Positions 61,300 to 64,000 of a DNA stretch of 64,000 nt are shown in pieces. A program made the translations under genes and the position numbers. Source of the stretch: the human T2T-CHM13v2.0 reference genome, Homo sapiens; NCBI RefSeq assembly GCF_009914755.1, contig NC_060935.1. One strand, 5' to 3'. Below the pieces are notes generated by a model, which was given only the letters and a program-made list of their open reading frames with translations, was not told where the DNA came from and searched no databases. The stretch's first letter is position 1, and each line of letters opens with the position of its first letter.

Positions 61300-63600
61300 G
61301 ATTCGTCAAATATATCCAACACCAATATATAATAAGCCAAATTCTTCTAAAGCCTTGGAGAAACAGAAATAAATTTTCATGAAGCAAGAAAAAGAAAATC
61401 CCTGAGAACTCTGTTAATGTATCTTATAATTCATAAGCTGCAAAATAAGTAAAACAAATAAAAATATATGGACTATACCTTGAGCATTCCTAGAATTCAG
61501 AGAAATACTGCTACCTTCAAATTACCTATAAAGTAGAGAAATAAATACACCTAATTACAACAAAGTGGCCACAATCATTTCAAGCCAATGTGTCTAGAGA
61601 GTATAATAAGGGATATAAGAGTCTAATAAAAAGAGGAGGGGGACATGGAACAACAAGATAAAACCCTTAATGCTTGAAATAAAAATCTAATAGTATAAAC
61701 CTAATGAGCACACTTTTTATAATTAGTAGGAAATGGTTCAAAATTGAGGGGGAATAGAAGTATTGTTTTTAAGGAGGCGTGAGTTCTGTATTTGTAAACA
61801 GAGTAAGCATGATTAAACTTGGAGACATAGCATTGTAGGGAGATAAGATAAAATAAAAATCAGAATTCTAAAGAGGTAAAAGGACAAACTAAAAAGAAAA
61901 CATACCTAATTCTATCTCCACCCAATATCTTTCATTAAAGAAAATGGTTCCTTTAAGCAAGGGAAGAAGGCACATGTAAGTTAGAAATTCTTTTCACAAA
62001 TGCTTAAATATAGGAGATACAAATTAAATTAATATTTTACAAAGCTATTGTAAAAATAAAATTTAAAAAATATGAATAGAAATATTACAGCTGATAACTT
62101 TTCTTTAAAAATCAACTATTAAAGTAACATTTCAAATGGAATTGTATCATGTAATAGAAGCCATTTTAGGTATGAAAAGAAATCTTGAATTAGAAATTCA
62201 CAAATTAAAATTGTATAGGTAAAAAATATGAAGAAATGTTATAGTTGTTAAACTCAGGAAGAAAATGTTTTCAACAGAGCAAAATCATATGAGAAATGAA
62301 GAGTAAAGTCCAAGATGTCCAAGCAAGTATACATTTGCATGAACATTTAATAAGGAATATAGAAAAGAAGGAAAGTAAACATAAGAATGAAAATAATTCG
62401 GCCGGGCGTGGTGGCTCATGTCTGTAATCCCAGCACTTTGGGAGGATTACCTTGAGGTCAGGAGTTCGAGACCAGCCTGGCCAACATAGTGAAACCCCAT
62501 CTCTACTAAAAATACAAAAATTAGGTGGGTGTGGTGGCACATGCCTGTACCCAGCTACTCAGGAGGCTGAGGCAGGGGAATTGCTTTGAGCCCAGGAGTC
62601 AAAGGTTGCAGTGAGCCGAGATCGCACCACTGCACTCCAGCCTGGCCAACAGAGTGAGACTCTGTCTCAAAAAAAAAAAAAAAATAATAATAATAATAAT
62701 TCAAGAAAGGATTAAAGGGAGTAAGTTGAAATAGCAGTCATATAAAGGAGATCCAACATATAAATATTGGAGTCCCTGAATAGAAGAACAAACTAAACAA
62801 CAATGGGGGAAAAAAAAACTGCCCAAAGTGTAATCCAAGGAAGCTTCCTAGAAATAGAAGAAGACAGAAGCTAAGCATTGATAGGGCTCGTGGGTACCTC
62901 ATAATATTGACAAGAGCAATCAATTCTGAGATATACTCTATTAAAACCTAAAATTGGAAGATGGAAAAAAATCCTTAGGGCTTCCAGACAAAAAGATTAA
63001 ATAACGAATAAGGGAAAAATAATTATTTTTCTCAAATGCACAAAGTAAGGCAATGGTGAAGCAATGTTTTTAAGAAGTTTAAAGGAACAAAATAGGAGCC
63101 AGGGATTTTAGATCAAGCCAAGCTCTCTTTCAAGTATTAAGAACATAGAAAATCAGTTTGCAATATTCAAGAACACCAGAGTTCACTGTGTTCAAGTGCT
63201 GTTTCTGAGAATTCTACTGAAGGATGGGTGCCATCTAACCATAAATGCCTAGGGAAACTTTGAAAACATAGGCTACTGGATCATTTATTATTTTCAATCA
63301 TAGAACCAACATACAACCAAGAGTGGTAACATTAAAAAATATTATGTAAACATATGATTTGACAAGTAGAAAACATTGCTACTAAAATTATCAGAAGAGC
63401 AAGAGAAAGGGGAAAGATTCAAATTATTCACTACTGGGCAGGTAATGTGTGAGAGTCAAAGAATACCATTTAACAATGATGGATAAAATAATGAAAGATT
63501 GATTGAAAAGTGGGAATAAATAACCATGAATACCAATATATGAACTCATGTAAATTGAAAAGAAGTTAAACATATATCAAATAAAACACACAATTAAAAA
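61300..63600 (+). mobile_element. HAL1-like (L1 ORF1-related) relic
   Basis: attggagtccctgaa (IGVPE), aaaatccttagggcttccagacaaaaa (KILRASRQK), gattttagatcaagccaagctctctttcaag. Confidence 0.6.
62400..62700 (+). mobile_element. AluS with a small left-arm deletion
   Basis: gggaggattacc lacks the ccgaggcgggcg segment; A/(TAA)n tail; TSD aataattc. Confidence 0.9.
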
Positions 63601-63791
63601 CTTCAACTTTTTCTTAGGAATTTGTCCTTAAACTGTTTTGTGTTATAGATTGAAAAAATGAGTAAATGGATTGACAATTTTGGGAGCTGCAGTTTTATAA
63701 ACTACATGATATATTATGAAGCTCATTACAGTTTGAGAATATCTTTTGAACATAATATAGTTGAAAACACATTTTAAAAAATTTTTTTTTA

Positions 63792-64000
63792 GACAAGTCA
63801 TCAAGATGACTGACTAGAAGTACATGGCACTTACCTTCTCCACGAAGAAGAAACAAAACAGCCAGTAGATAATCAAAAATAGAATAGAGTTTCTAAGGAA
63901 GAACACAGGAATTCAGCAGGGAAGTGACAGGAACTCTCTGAGCCATAAAAACTTGAGATGGCAGCATAGAGAGGGACGTGAAGCAGCCAGTGAGGACAGG
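63792..64000 (+). mobile_element. 5' UTR start of an old L1 (L1M1/M2-type), running off the window
   Basis: caagatgactgactaga (degenerate CAAGATGGC YY1-type start)...gaacacaggaattcagcagggaagtgacagg. Confidence 0.6.

Overview
Human (primate) non-coding genomic DNA: AT-rich, CpG-depleted and dominated by interspersed repeats. A near-consensus AluYa5 indicates a human origin. I can support no protein-coding exon, RNA gene or CRISPR array. The ORFs I could assign are L1 ORF1/ORF2 relics, Alu or LTR read-throughs or purine-pyrimidine microsatellite artefacts; the rest look like chance ORFs. Repeats present: ten Alus, many LINE-1 pieces (a near full-length L1PB-type element at ~32.5-39.6 kb and an internally deleted old L1 at ~55.4-60.5 kb), HAL1-like relics, solo LTRs (LTR16A, LTR9-like, MLT2, MLT1A, MSTB), a decayed ERV-L pol region with its LTR33-type 3' LTR, MER2/MER5 DNA transposons, L2/MIR fragments and a ~1 kb RY microsatellite/minisatellite. 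Subfamily names come from recalled consensus sequences, not a database search. I found no new biological system. The most unusual signals are three locally templated insertions that look like repair scars: a ~130 bp inverted copy inside the RY microsatellite, a 37 bp copy of an LTR/flank junction inside the same LTR, and a ~60 bp patchwork of fold-back palindromes in an L1. Also notable are a possibly polymorphic AluYa5 and an ultra-short young L1 insertion.
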